Shown here: positions 39,808 to 48,605 of the stretch, piece after piece
Layout: each line of letters opens with the position of its first letter
Position numbering within the stretch: the stretch's first letter is position 1
Assembly (NCBI GenBank): GCA_934122235.1
Contig: CAKOWE010000003.1
Location: forward strand, 3,716-67,715
Origin: an uncultured Clostridia bacterium
GTDB lineage: Bacteria; Bacillota; Clostridia; TANB77; CAG-508
Direction of reading: 5' to 3'
DNA length: 64,000 nucleotides
Notes under the pieces: generated by a model
Told to the model about the DNA's origin: nothing
What the model saw: the letters and a program-made list of their open reading frames with translations, nothing else
Database searches by the model: none
Position numbers and translations under genes: made by a program

Positions 39808-40539
39808 ATGAAGGTTTTAGCAACGAGTGATAAGGGAATGGTTAGGAAAATGAACCAGGACTGTTACTATATTTCAGAGCAAAATGAAGAATATGATTTA
39901 TATGTGTTAGCTGATGGAATGGGTGGATATAATGGTGGCGAAATAGCTAGTAAATTAGCAATAGATTCTGTAAAGGAATATATAAGAAATAATATAAATA
40001 AAATAGAATTAAATAGAGAAACTTTACAAGTGTTAATAAGACATTCTATGGAGTATGCTAATAAAGCAGTTTATGATAAATCAAAAACAGATATAAATTT
40101 AAGTGAAATGGGTACTACATTAGAAGTATGTTTAATATATAGTAATAAGGTGTATATAGGACACATTGGAGATAGTAGAGTATATAGAATAAGGAAAAAT
40201 ATTATAAGAAAATTGACAACAGATCATAGCTATGTTGAAAAATTAGTTAAAGATGGTACGATTACAAGAGAAGAAGCATACCATCACCCAAAGAAAAATA
40301 TGTTAATAAAAGCTCTAGGATGTGAAGAAAATATAGAGCCGGATGTTATGGTAAAAGGATTTTTAAAGGAAGATATACTTTTAATATGCTCAGATGGGTT
40401 AACTAATTTGTTGAAAGACAAAGAAATTTATGAAATAGTAGCAAACAATTTAGAAAATGCAGATAAATTATTAATACAGCTGGCAAATAATAGAGGCGGA
40501 TTTGATAATATAACAGCAGTAATAATAGAAAACATATAA
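39808..40539 (+). CDS. stp: Ser/Thr protein phosphatase, PP2C family (Stp)
   Basis: LADGMGGYNGGEIAS and DGLTNL motifs; conserved stp-prkC pair. Confidence 0.85.
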   Translation: MKVLATSDKGMVRKMNQDCYYISEQNEEYDLYVLADGMGGYNGGEIASKLAIDSVKEYIRNNINKIELNRETLQVLIRHSMEYANKAVYDKSKTDINLSEMGTTLEVCLIYSNKVYIGHIGDSRVYRIRKNIIRKLTTDHSYVEKLVKDGTITREEAYHHPKKNMLIKALGCEENIEPDVMVKGFLKEDILLICSDGLTNLLKDKEIYEIVANNLENADKLLIQLANNRGGFDNITAVIIENI

Positions 40540-40622
40540 AGTTATAAATTTTAAAATATATTTAATGTATGTACGAGCGTTGTTTGTTCATATATGTAAT
40601 AAATTTAAGGAGAGATGTAGAA

Positions 40623-42659
40623 ATGAATCTAGAAGGTAGATTGTTGGGAAATAGATACGAAATAATTAGACAAATAGGAAATGGAGGTATGGCAACAGTA
40701 TATAAGGCTAAGTGTCATGTATTAAATAGATATGTTGCTGTAAAAGTTTTAAAAGATGAATATACTACAGACAATGAATTTATAAAAAGGTTTAATATAG
40801 AAGCACAAGCTGTTGCAAGTTTAACTCATCCTAATATCGTTTCAGTGTATGATGTAGGTTGCGAAGGAAATTTGCATTATATTGTAATGGAATTGGTTCA
40901 GGGTAAAACTTTAAAAGAAATTATAAAAGAAGATGGTGCTTTATCTTGGAAATGGTCTGTAAATATAGCAATACAGATTGCTTCAGCATTAGAAACTGCA
41001 CACAAAAACAATATTGTTCATAGAGACATAAAACCACATAATATAATAATAACAGAAGATGGAATAGCAAAGGTTACAGATTTTGGAATTGCAAAGGCTG
41101 TTTCAAATTCAACAATAACGGCTTTCGGAACAACAATAGGCTCAGTACATTATTTTTCTCCAGAACATGCTAGAGGAGGGTATACTGATGCAAAATCAGA
41201 TATATATTCGTTAGGAGTTGTTTTGTATGAAATGCTTACAGGTAGAGTTCCTTTTGATGCAGATACACCAGTTTCTGTTGCATTAAAGCATATGCATGAA
41301 CAGCCCGTAGAACCTATAAAAATAAACCCATTAATACCAGAAAGCGTTAATAGAATAGTGCTAAAAGCAATGCAAAAAGATCCAACTGCAAGATATAGTA
41401 CCGCAACAGAAATGTTAAGGGATTTAAATACAGCATTAAAAAATCCGGGTGGAGATTTTGTAAAATTAAATACAATGCAAAACGATTTTCCAACACAACA
41501 TATGCCATTAATATATGATAAAACGCTTGAGGAAAAAATAGAAGAAAAAGACAATAAAAGAAATATTAATAATAGTAACTCAAAAAATGTAAAAAAGGAA
41601 AATAAAATACTTGCATTTTTTAAACAGCATAAGGCTGTTGGAATTTTGGCAATAATACTTTCTACAATACTATTATTTGTTATAGTTATGAATATTACAA
41701 TGGCAGCAATGAAAAGTGGAATAACTCCAGAAGTAGAAATACCAGATTTAGTAAAAATGTCAAAAGATGAAGATAAATCAATTTCTGATATTAAACAATA
41801 TATTGAAAAATTAAAATTAAAAATAGAAATAGAAGAAGAATATAATGCGGATGTGGCAGAAGGAAAAATTATAAAACAAGAGCCAACATCTGGAATAACA
41901 TATGATAGCAGAAAGAAAACAGTAAAAGAGGGAGAAACAATAAAAATTTGGGTAAGTAAAGGGCAAAAAATTGTTAATGTACCTGATTTATTAATAGGAA
42001 AGTCCAAAGATGAAGTTGTAACAAAAATAGAAGCAAACGAATTAAAAGTAGAAATAGTAGAAGAAAATAGTGACAAAATGGAAAGCGGAAAAGTAATTAA
42101 GGTAGAGCCAGAAGAAAAAACAGAAGTTGCAGCTGGAAGTACAGTAAAAGTATATGTAAGCATAGGATTAGAACAAAAAGAAGTACCTAACCTAATAGGA
42201 AAAACTGAAGAAGAAGCCAAGGCAGCAATTACTGCAGCAGGGTTAAAGTATAAAGCAACTTTAACAAAATCAGATTCAACTAAACCAAACAATACAATTA
42301 TAGAGCAAAGCATAGTTGCAGGAAGTGTAGTTGATAAAGGAACAGAAATAACATTAACATTAAATAAATTCGATGAAATAAAAGAGGGAACAGTAATAAT
42401 AAATTTAAAATCTATAATGAATTATCAAGAGCAAAGAGATGAAGATGGAAATGTTATAGCCCCAAAAGTAGTAAATGTAAAAGTTATGGCAGATAATGAT
42501 ACTATATTAAAAGAGTCACACAAAATAAGCGAAACAAGTATAGGACCAGCAAACGTGTCATCTTCTGGAATGGTTACAATAAAGGTATATGTAGATGATG
42601 TTTTAAAAGTTCAAAAACAAATGAACTTAAATGCTACTACAACATTAACAATAGAATAG
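40623..42659 (+). CDS. prkC: Ser/Thr protein kinase PrkC with TM segment and three PASTA repeats plus C-terminal Ig-like domain
   Basis: Kinase motifs GNGGMATVYKA, HRDIKPHN, DFGIA; TM helix; PASTA repeats (IPDLVKMS.., VPDLLIGKS.., VPNLIGKTE..); start at ATG 40623. Confidence 0.9.
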   Translation: MNLEGRLLGNRYEIIRQIGNGGMATVYKAKCHVLNRYVAVKVLKDEYTTDNEFIKRFNIEAQAVASLTHPNIVSVYDVGCEGNLHYIVMELVQGKTLKEIIKEDGALSWKWSVNIAIQIASALETAHKNNIVHRDIKPHNIIITEDGIAKVTDFGIAKAVSNSTITAFGTTIGSVHYFSPEHARGGYTDAKSDIYSLGVVLYEMLTGRVPFDADTPVSVALKHMHEQPVEPIKINPLIPESVNRIVLKAMQKDPTARYSTATEMLRDLNTALKNPGGDFVKLNTMQNDFPTQHMPLIYDKTLEEKIEEKDNKRNINNSNSKNVKKENKILAFFKQHKAVGILAIILSTILLFVIVMNITMAAMKSGITPEVEIPDLVKMSKDEDKSISDIKQYIEKLKLKIEIEEEYNADVAEGKIIKQEPTSGITYDSRKKTVKEGETIKIWVSKGQKIVNVPDLLIGKSKDEVVTKIEANELKVEIVEENSDKMESGKVIKVEPEEKTEVAAGSTVKVYVSIGLEQKEVPNLIGKTEEEAKAAITAAGLKYKATLTKSDSTKPNNTIIEQSIVAGSVVDKGTEITLTLNKFDEIKEGTVIINLKSIMNYQEQRDEDGNVIAPKVVNVKVMADNDTILKESHKISETSIGPANVSSSGMVTIKVYVDDVLKVQKQMNLNATTTLTIE

Positions 42660-42736
42660 CATCACAAAAATAATGATATTATTATAGAGAGGGCATAGAG
42701 AGTACTGTGCCCTTAAAAATAAGATTGGAGGAAAAT

Positions 42737-43393
42737 ATGTACGTATCAACATCAATATTATCGGTTGAAGAAGAAAATGCAGTAAAAACTTTTTATAATT
42801 TAGAAGAGGCAAAAACAGATTATTTTCATATAGATGTAATGGATGGTAAATTTGTAGAAAATAATACAAACGAGAAAATGCTAAATTATTGCAATATAAT
42901 AAAACAAATATCAAATTTGCCTTTAGATATTCATTTTATGGTAAATGATGTAAAGCAATATGTAGAAGAATACATAAAATTTGCTCCTGATATTATGACA
43001 TTTCACTACGAAAGTTGTACAACAGATGAAGAAGTTTTAGAAATAATAGATTTAATAAAATCTAATGGTATAAAGCCTGGGTTAACACTAAAACCATCAA
43101 CATCAGTAGAAAAAATATATAAATTTTTACCATATTTGCATTTGATATTAGTTATGACAGTAGAACCAGGAAAGGGAGGACAAGCTTTAATACCTGAAAC
43201 TTTGGAAAAAGTAAAACAAATAAAACAATATATTGAAGAAAATAATTTAGATACATATATAGAAGCTGATGGCGGAATAAATTTAAATACAATTGAAAAT
43301 GTGAAAAATGCTGGTGTGGACATATCTGTAGCTGGAAATGCTATAATAAGATCTGAAAATTATAAAGATACAATAGAAAAATTGAAAAAATAA
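42737..43393 (+). CDS. rpe: ribulose-phosphate 3-epimerase
   Basis: TIM-barrel motifs SILS, HIDVMDGKFV, DGGIN; start ATG 42737 behind GGAGG. Confidence 0.9.
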   Translation: MYVSTSILSVEEENAVKTFYNLEEAKTDYFHIDVMDGKFVENNTNEKMLNYCNIIKQISNLPLDIHFMVNDVKQYVEEYIKFAPDIMTFHYESCTTDEEVLEIIDLIKSNGIKPGLTLKPSTSVEKIYKFLPYLHLILVMTVEPGKGGQALIPETLEKVKQIKQYIEENNLDTYIEADGGINLNTIENVKNAGVDISVAGNAIIRSENYKDTIEKLKK

Positions 43394-43433
43394 AAATTAT
43401 ATTTTAAGGTTATTTTAAGAAACTAAAATTAAA

Positions 43434-43616
43434 ATGTATAAAAAGTTATTGAAATATAATAATAAGCTAGGGGTGATTAGTGTGACTAACATAAATTGTA
43501 CTTCTAGTTGCTTATATCAAAAGGACGGAAAATGTACTTTGGAAAATGTTTCTGTTCAAATAACAAAACCTACAAATGACTGTATATATTTTAAAAACAA
43601 AGAAAATAAAGAATAA
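43434..43616 (+). CDS. DUF1540-like small cysteine-rich protein
   Basis: INCTSSCLYQKDGKCTLENVSVQITKPTNDCIYF fits the four-Cys C..C.Y..C....C.(Y/T)F pattern; alternative GTG start at 43482 behind AGGGGTG. Confidence 0.5.
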   Translation: MYKKLLKYNNKLGVISVTNINCTSSCLYQKDGKCTLENVSVQITKPTNDCIYFKNKENKE

Positions 43617-43683
43617 AATATATTGACAAACTAAAATGTAAGCTATATTATATGAAAGAAAACAAAAGAAGGAGAGATAAAAT

Positions 43684-44680
43684 TATGAAAACAAGAACAA
43701 AATTATTTTTAATAGTATTTTTAATAGTGGTTTTAATGTCAACAACAATATTTGCTTCAGAAGTGGTAACAACATCAGAAGAAGTTCCAACGTCAGAAGT
43801 AGTAACAAGTGAAAATCCAACAGATGAAACAACTACAGATGAAACTACAACAGATGAAGATATAAAAAATTCTGATAGATTTTTTTCAGGAGATGATATA
43901 GAAATATCAGAAGTAGTTGATGGAAACGTATTCATAATAGGAAAAAATGTAAAATTAACATCAACACAAATAGGTGGAGATTTATTTGTAATTGCAGAAA
44001 CTTTATCAATGGATGCAAATTCAACTATATATGGAAGTGTGTTTGTACTTGCTTCAGAAATAACTATAGATGGCGCTATGTATGATACATACCTAGTATG
44101 CGATAAGCTTAACTTCGATTATAATGCATATGCTCAAAGAGATTTAAGAGCAATGGCATCTGAAATAACATTAAATGGTAGAGTTAGAAGAAATTCTTAT
44201 TTAGAAGCAAATAAATTAATTTTAGATACAGACTTTTTAACAGCTGGAGATTTAAATTATACAGCTCAATCAGAAGCGGTATATATGGAAAAACAGGAAG
44301 ATGATAGCAAGAAAGAAACAACAACAATTCCTGAAGGTGTTGTTCAAGGAGAAGTAAAATATACTAAAAGAGATAAAAAAGTATTTAGTAAAGAAATAAA
44401 AAAATCAGTACAAGATATAATAAAAACAAATAAAATAAATAGTAATACAAGTGAAGAAAAAGTAAAAGCAATATTTACTTCATATATGTTTAATAACTTG
44501 GGAATAAATACAAATAGTAACATAGTAAAAGATGCAGCTAGAAGTACTGTAACAATTCCAAAAGTAGTTTTCTATATAGGAATAATAGTGATTGTATTGT
44601 TAGTAGTTGCATTAATTTTACCAATTATATTGAATAAAAAGGATAGCAAAGAAAGAGTTGAAAATAAAGGAAATGAATAA
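43684..44680 (+). CDS. exported beta-helix-repeat (bactofilin/DUF583-like) protein with C-terminal TM anchor
   Basis: Signal peptide, acidic Thr-rich linker, repeated (V/I).G.(V/L)(F/V)(V/I) strands, C-terminal hydrophobic helix + basic tail. Confidence 0.35.
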
Positions 44681-44686
44681 ACAAAA

Positions 44687-44718
44687 AAAGATGACATTTT
44701 AAATGTCATCTTTTTTTG
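44687..44718. terminator. bidirectional terminator between the beta-helix protein gene (+) and nth (-)
   Basis: aaagatgacattttaaatgtcatcttt hairpin + tttttt. Confidence 0.7.
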
Positions 44719-44749
44719 TTAAAATTTTAATTTTAATAGTTAAAATATT

Positions 44750-45382
44750 CTATAAAGTATAATAGTCACAGAATTTATTTATTGGGCACATGTTACATTT
44801 TGGAGCTTTTGCTGTACATAAGCTTCTACCGTGATATACTAACAAGTGATTTATATCTTTTAGATATTTTTTTGGTATTTGATTTAGTAAATCTTGTTCT
44901 ACTTTAGAAGGGTCGGTATTGTTTGATAAACCAATTCTATATGCGATTCTTTTGGCATGTGTATCTACTGCAATACCACAAGGATTATTAAAAGCATTTA
45001 GCATAATAACATTAGCACATTTTCTGCCAATTCCAGGAAGCTTTGTTAGTTCTTCCATAGATTGTGGAACAATTCCGTTGTAATCAGAGACTATTTTTTT
45101 TGCACATTCTTTTAAGTGTTTAGCCTTTGTTTTATAAAATCCACAAGGGTAAATTAGATTTTCTAGCTCAACAATATCTATATTTACAAAATCTTTTGGA
45201 GTAGAATATTTGCAAAAAAGAGAAGGTGTTGTTTTATTTACTCTTTCGTCGGTACATTGAGCAGAAAGCATAACACTGACTAACAACTCGAAAGGAGTTG
45301 TAAAATTCAAACTACATTTAGCATTAGGATAGGTTTGTTTTAAAATTTTTATTATATTTGTAACTTCATTTATATTTTTCAT
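44750..45382 (-). CDS. nth: endonuclease III
   Basis: HhH-GPD motif LPGIGRKCANVI and [4Fe-4S] cluster loop C..APKCNMCPINKFC. Confidence 0.9.
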   Translation of the reverse strand: MKNINEVTNIIKILKQTYPNAKCSLNFTTPFELLVSVMLSAQCTDERVNKTTPSLFCKYSTPKDFVNIDIVELENLIYPCGFYKTKAKHLKECAKKIVSDYNGIVPQSMEELTKLPGIGRKCANVIMLNAFNNPCGIAVDTHAKRIAYRIGLSNNTDPSKVEQDLLNQIPKKYLKDINHLLVYHGRSLCTAKAPKCNMCPINKFCDYYTL

Positions 45383-45502
45383 ATTGAACCTCGTTTCATG
45401 GTTTTATTATTTAACAAAGTAACATAACTTTTTATACTGAATATAATAATATAAAGATATGATAAAAGCTTAAAATAACATATTAGGAAGGAAGAATATT
45501 AA

Positions 45503-45649
45503 ATGAGAATTTTAAAAAAGACACTTGCGGTATGCTTAATTGGATTTGGACTTGGAATATTAATGGTAATATTACTTCCTTTTACTGGATGGCTTTTTCT
45601 ATTAGGTGTAATAATTATTGTAGTAGGATTAATGTGGTTAACATGTTAA
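45503..45649 (+). CDS. 48-aa double-TM membrane peptide (below ORF-track cutoff)
   Basis: MRILKKTLAVCLIGFGLGILMVILLPFTGWLFLLGVIIIVVGLMWLTC with RBS GGAAGGAAG 7 nt upstream. Confidence 0.35.
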   Translation: MRILKKTLAVCLIGFGLGILMVILLPFTGWLFLLGVIIIVVGLMWLTC

Positions 45650-45677
45650 AATTGTAAAAACAAAGGAGAGTGGTAAA

Positions 45678-45752
45678 ATGACAATAGTAGTAAAAAAAGT
45701 TCCTAAGTTTTTAAGAGGCTTTGTAAAATTAATTTTTAGAATAAAAGACTAG
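45678..45752 (+). CDS. spoVM: stage V sporulation protein M (SpoVM), 24 aa amphipathic peptide
   Basis: MTIVVKKVPKFLRGFVKLIFRIKD vs B. subtilis SpoVM MKFYTIKLPKFLGGIVRAMLGSFRKD; RBS AAAGGAG; adjacent to rpmB as in Bacillus. Confidence 0.65.
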   Translation: MTIVVKKVPKFLRGFVKLIFRIKD

Positions 45753-45817
45753 TACATAGTCTAAAACACTAAGGGTCGGTATAATCCGACCCAATAATTA
45801 TTATATTAATATATAGC

Positions 45818-45846
45818 AAAAAAATAGGTTATAAACCTATTTTTTA
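45818..45846. terminator. bidirectional terminator between spoVM (+) and rpmB (-)
   Basis: aaaaaaa ataggtt ataa acctat ttttt. Confidence 0.55.
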
Positions 45847-45853
45847 ATAATAA

Positions 45854-46051
45854 TTAAGCTCTATTTACTTTTCCGTTTTTTAAGCATTTAGCACATACAG
45901 TTATTTTTTTTGGTTCACCATTAATTATAGCTTTTACAGTTCTTAAATTAGGTTTCCAAGTTCTTGTTGATCTTTTACTTATATGTGAACGAGTTATGCT
46001 AAGTTTATTACCAAAGTTAATTGATTTCTCACAAATTTCACATTTTGCCAT
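45854..46051 (-). CDS. rpmB: 50S ribosomal protein L28 (zinc-binding C+ form)
   Basis: MAKCEICEKS...TRSH.SKRS..WKPNL...CAKCLKNGKV typical L28. Confidence 0.9.
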   Translation of the reverse strand: MAKCEICEKSINFGNKLSITRSHISKRSTRTWKPNLRTVKAIINGEPKKITVCAKCLKNGKVNRA

Positions 46052-46165
46052 AATATTACACCTCCTACAGTTATATTAATCACGACTATCTTAAAGTTTA
46101 ACATATAATTTTAAAAAAAACAAGACTTTTGTGAAAAAAATAAAAAAATATGATGGAGGATTTTT

Positions 46166-47062
46166 ATGTTTGATTATCATTATGATTTACTTACTGAAGT
46201 ATATATAAATCAAAATAATATACAAAAGTTAAAAGAAAAATACAAAAGAGTTTATAATAAAGATAATATAACAGGAGGAATATTTAATTTGTTTTTTATG
46301 AGTGAAAAACAAATGGAAGATGAATTAAACATATCTAGGCAGGAAATAAATTTAAAAGAAATGTTATATAAAGTGCATAAATTAATAATTGAAAATAATA
46401 TTATACCAAAGGAAACTAAATATGTGTATGGGATAGAGGGACTCGATTATTTAGAAAAAATAGATGATGTAGAGTATTTATATAAATTAGGAGTAAGAAG
46501 TACTAATATTGTGTGGAACAATGAAAACAAATTTGGAGGAGGAAGTAAATCAAATAAAGAAACAGGACTTACTACATTAGGAAGGAAGCTGGTAGAAAAG
46601 TTAGTTGAACAAGGTATAACAATTGATTTATCACATGCAAATGAAAAGACTTTTTTTGATATTGTAGATTATTTGATGTATTTAAAGAAAAAAGGAAAAA
46701 AAGTTAGAGTAATTGCATCGCACTCAAATTCAAAAAAATTATGTGATGTACCTAGAAATTTAACAGATGAACAATTATTGTGTATACATAAGTTAGAAGG
46801 AATTGTAGGTATAGTTGGAGTAAAAAAATTCTGTAAAACTGGAGATGAAAATGAAGTTATTTTAGAAGATTATTTGAGACATGTTAAACATATATCAAAT
46901 TTATTTGGTGGTATGGATAAAATAGGTATTGCAACAGATGATATGTCTTATTATCCTATCAATGTAGAGTACAATGCCAAAATGAACTTGTTTGGAATAA
47001 AAAATGTTAAAGCAATGTTATCTAATATAAAATCAGAACCGCAGGTAATAGATATGAATTAG
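46166..47062 (+). CDS. membrane dipeptidase (peptidase M19)-like protein, divergent
   Basis: Renal-dipeptidase-family pattern GIEGLDYL...LGVRSTNIVWNNENKFGG...GLT.LG..LVE.L...GITIDLSHAN; shorter than canonical M19. Confidence 0.45.
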   Translation: MFDYHYDLLTEVYINQNNIQKLKEKYKRVYNKDNITGGIFNLFFMSEKQMEDELNISRQEINLKEMLYKVHKLIIENNIIPKETKYVYGIEGLDYLEKIDDVEYLYKLGVRSTNIVWNNENKFGGGSKSNKETGLTTLGRKLVEKLVEQGITIDLSHANEKTFFDIVDYLMYLKKKGKKVRVIASHSNSKKLCDVPRNLTDEQLLCIHKLEGIVGIVGVKKFCKTGDENEVILEDYLRHVKHISNLFGGMDKIGIATDDMSYYPINVEYNAKMNLFGIKNVKAMLSNIKSEPQVIDMN

Positions 47063-47121
47063 AAATAACGATAAAAACGTAAAAAATATATAAATTCGTC
47101 TTGAAATAACGATAAAAACGT
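47062..47121 (+). repeat. two copies of a 19-bp direct repeat GAAATAACGATAAAAACGT spaced by 22 bp
   Basis: Copies at 47062-47080 and 47103-47121, directly downstream of the dipeptidase stop and upstream of the pheS leader. Confidence 0.5.
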
Positions 47122-47189
47122 GATATTATATTAAGCATATTAATAAAACCGTTAAGAAAGCAAAGTAAAATAAATTAAAAGTATTTTTA

Positions 47190-47390
47190 AGAGAGTTAGG
47201 TCTTGGCTGTAAACCTATAAATACAATTTATTTGAAATTTCACTTTTTAGGTCTTTTATTGAAATTGTAGTAGGTAAGAGCGATTGAAGCACGTTATAGC
47301 TTTTATGAGGTATAAATGTTTTATACAAAGTTAGGTGGTACCACGAATAGATAAAGTTAATCGTCCTATAAATATTAGGACGATTTTTTG
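47190..47390 (+). promoter_or_regulatory. T-box riboswitch leader controlling pheS-pheT
   Basis: T-box sequence agttaggtggtaccacg 47329-47345; terminator aatcgtcc..ggacgatt + tttttt (47359-47389). Confidence 0.7.
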
Positions 47391-47485
47391 TTTATTATGA
47401 ATGATAAAAACACATGACTCTACATTTATTCTATATAAACGGTGCAAGAAAATAATTGTAAATAATTATATATTAGGAGGTTAAT

Positions 47486-48505
47486 ATGAAAGAAAAGATT
47501 CAAAGCATAACAACAGAGGCACAAGAAGCAGTAAAAGAAGTTAAAGATTTACAAGTACTTAATGATTTAAGAGTAAAGTACTTAGGAAAAAAGGGAGAAT
47601 TAACGTTAGTTTTAAGAGGAATGGGAGAAGTTGCTCCAGAAGAAAGACCTGTTATTGGAAGTTTAATAAATGAGGCTAAGGAAAAAATAGAAAATTTGAT
47701 AAAAGTTAAAGAAGAAGAATTAAAAAAAGCACAATTAAATGAGCAATTAAAAAAGGAAACAATAGATGTAACATTTCCAACTAACCAAAAATCAATAGGT
47801 TCAATACATCCAATAAGTAAAATAATAGATGATGTAAAAGAAATATTTTTAGGGTTAGGATATGAAATTGCGGATGGACCAGAAATAGAAACTGCACATT
47901 ATAATTTTGACCAATTAAATACTCCATTAGGACATCCGGCAAGAGATTTACAAGATACTTTTTATATTACAGATGATATAGTGTTAAGAAGCCAAACATC
48001 ACCTGTACAAGCAAGAATAATGGAAAACCAAAAACCACCAATAAAAATAATTTGTCCGGGAGCTGTTTATAGATCAGATTCAGTAGATGCAACACATTCA
48101 CCAGTGTTTCATCAAATAGAGGGATTAGTTATAGACAAAAATATTACAATGGCAGATTTAAAAGGAACATTAGAGATTTTTGCAAAGAAATGCTTAGGAG
48201 AGAATACTAAAATAAGATTTAGACCACATCATTTTCCATTTACAGAGCCTAGTGCAGAAGCTGATGTATCTTGCTTTGTGTGTGGAGGAAAAGGATGTAG
48301 AGTATGTAAAGGAGAAGGGTGGATAGAATTATTAGGTTGCGGAATGGTACACCCAAATGTATTAAGGAATTGTGGGATAAGTCCAGAAGAGTATTCGGGA
48401 TTTGCATTTGGATTTGGTGTTGAAAGAATAGCTATGGCAAAATATGGAATAGATGACATGAGATTGTTGTATGAAAACGATGTAAGATTTTTGAAACAAT
48501 TTTAA
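47486..48505 (+). CDS. pheS: phenylalanine--tRNA ligase alpha subunit
   Basis: Class II core motifs (HPARD, FRPHHFPFTEPS, GFAFGFGVERIAM), 339 aa. Confidence 0.95.
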   Translation: MKEKIQSITTEAQEAVKEVKDLQVLNDLRVKYLGKKGELTLVLRGMGEVAPEERPVIGSLINEAKEKIENLIKVKEEELKKAQLNEQLKKETIDVTFPTNQKSIGSIHPISKIIDDVKEIFLGLGYEIADGPEIETAHYNFDQLNTPLGHPARDLQDTFYITDDIVLRSQTSPVQARIMENQKPPIKIICPGAVYRSDSVDATHSPVFHQIEGLVIDKNITMADLKGTLEIFAKKCLGENTKIRFRPHHFPFTEPSAEADVSCFVCGGKGCRVCKGEGWIELLGCGMVHPNVLRNCGISPEEYSGFAFGFGVERIAMAKYGIDDMRLLYENDVRFLKQF

Positions 48506-48605
48506 TATAGGATGATAATATAATCTGATAGATTTAAAATAAATTATTAAAAATTAAAATATAAGGAACAATACATTTGCTGTTCCAATATGAGGAGGAA
48601 AATAG

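Noticed and set aside
41150-42313. 387-aa minus-strand ORF
   Set aside because: It lies entirely antisense to prkC (PASTA region). The translation is low-complexity Ser/Ile/Phe-rich with no start context; it is a typical shadow ORF in an AT-rich gene.
45773-45792. gggtcgg tataat ccgaccc hairpin after spoVM
   Set aside because: It has no T-run. The better bidirectional terminator is the ataggtt..acctat hairpin at 45818-45846.
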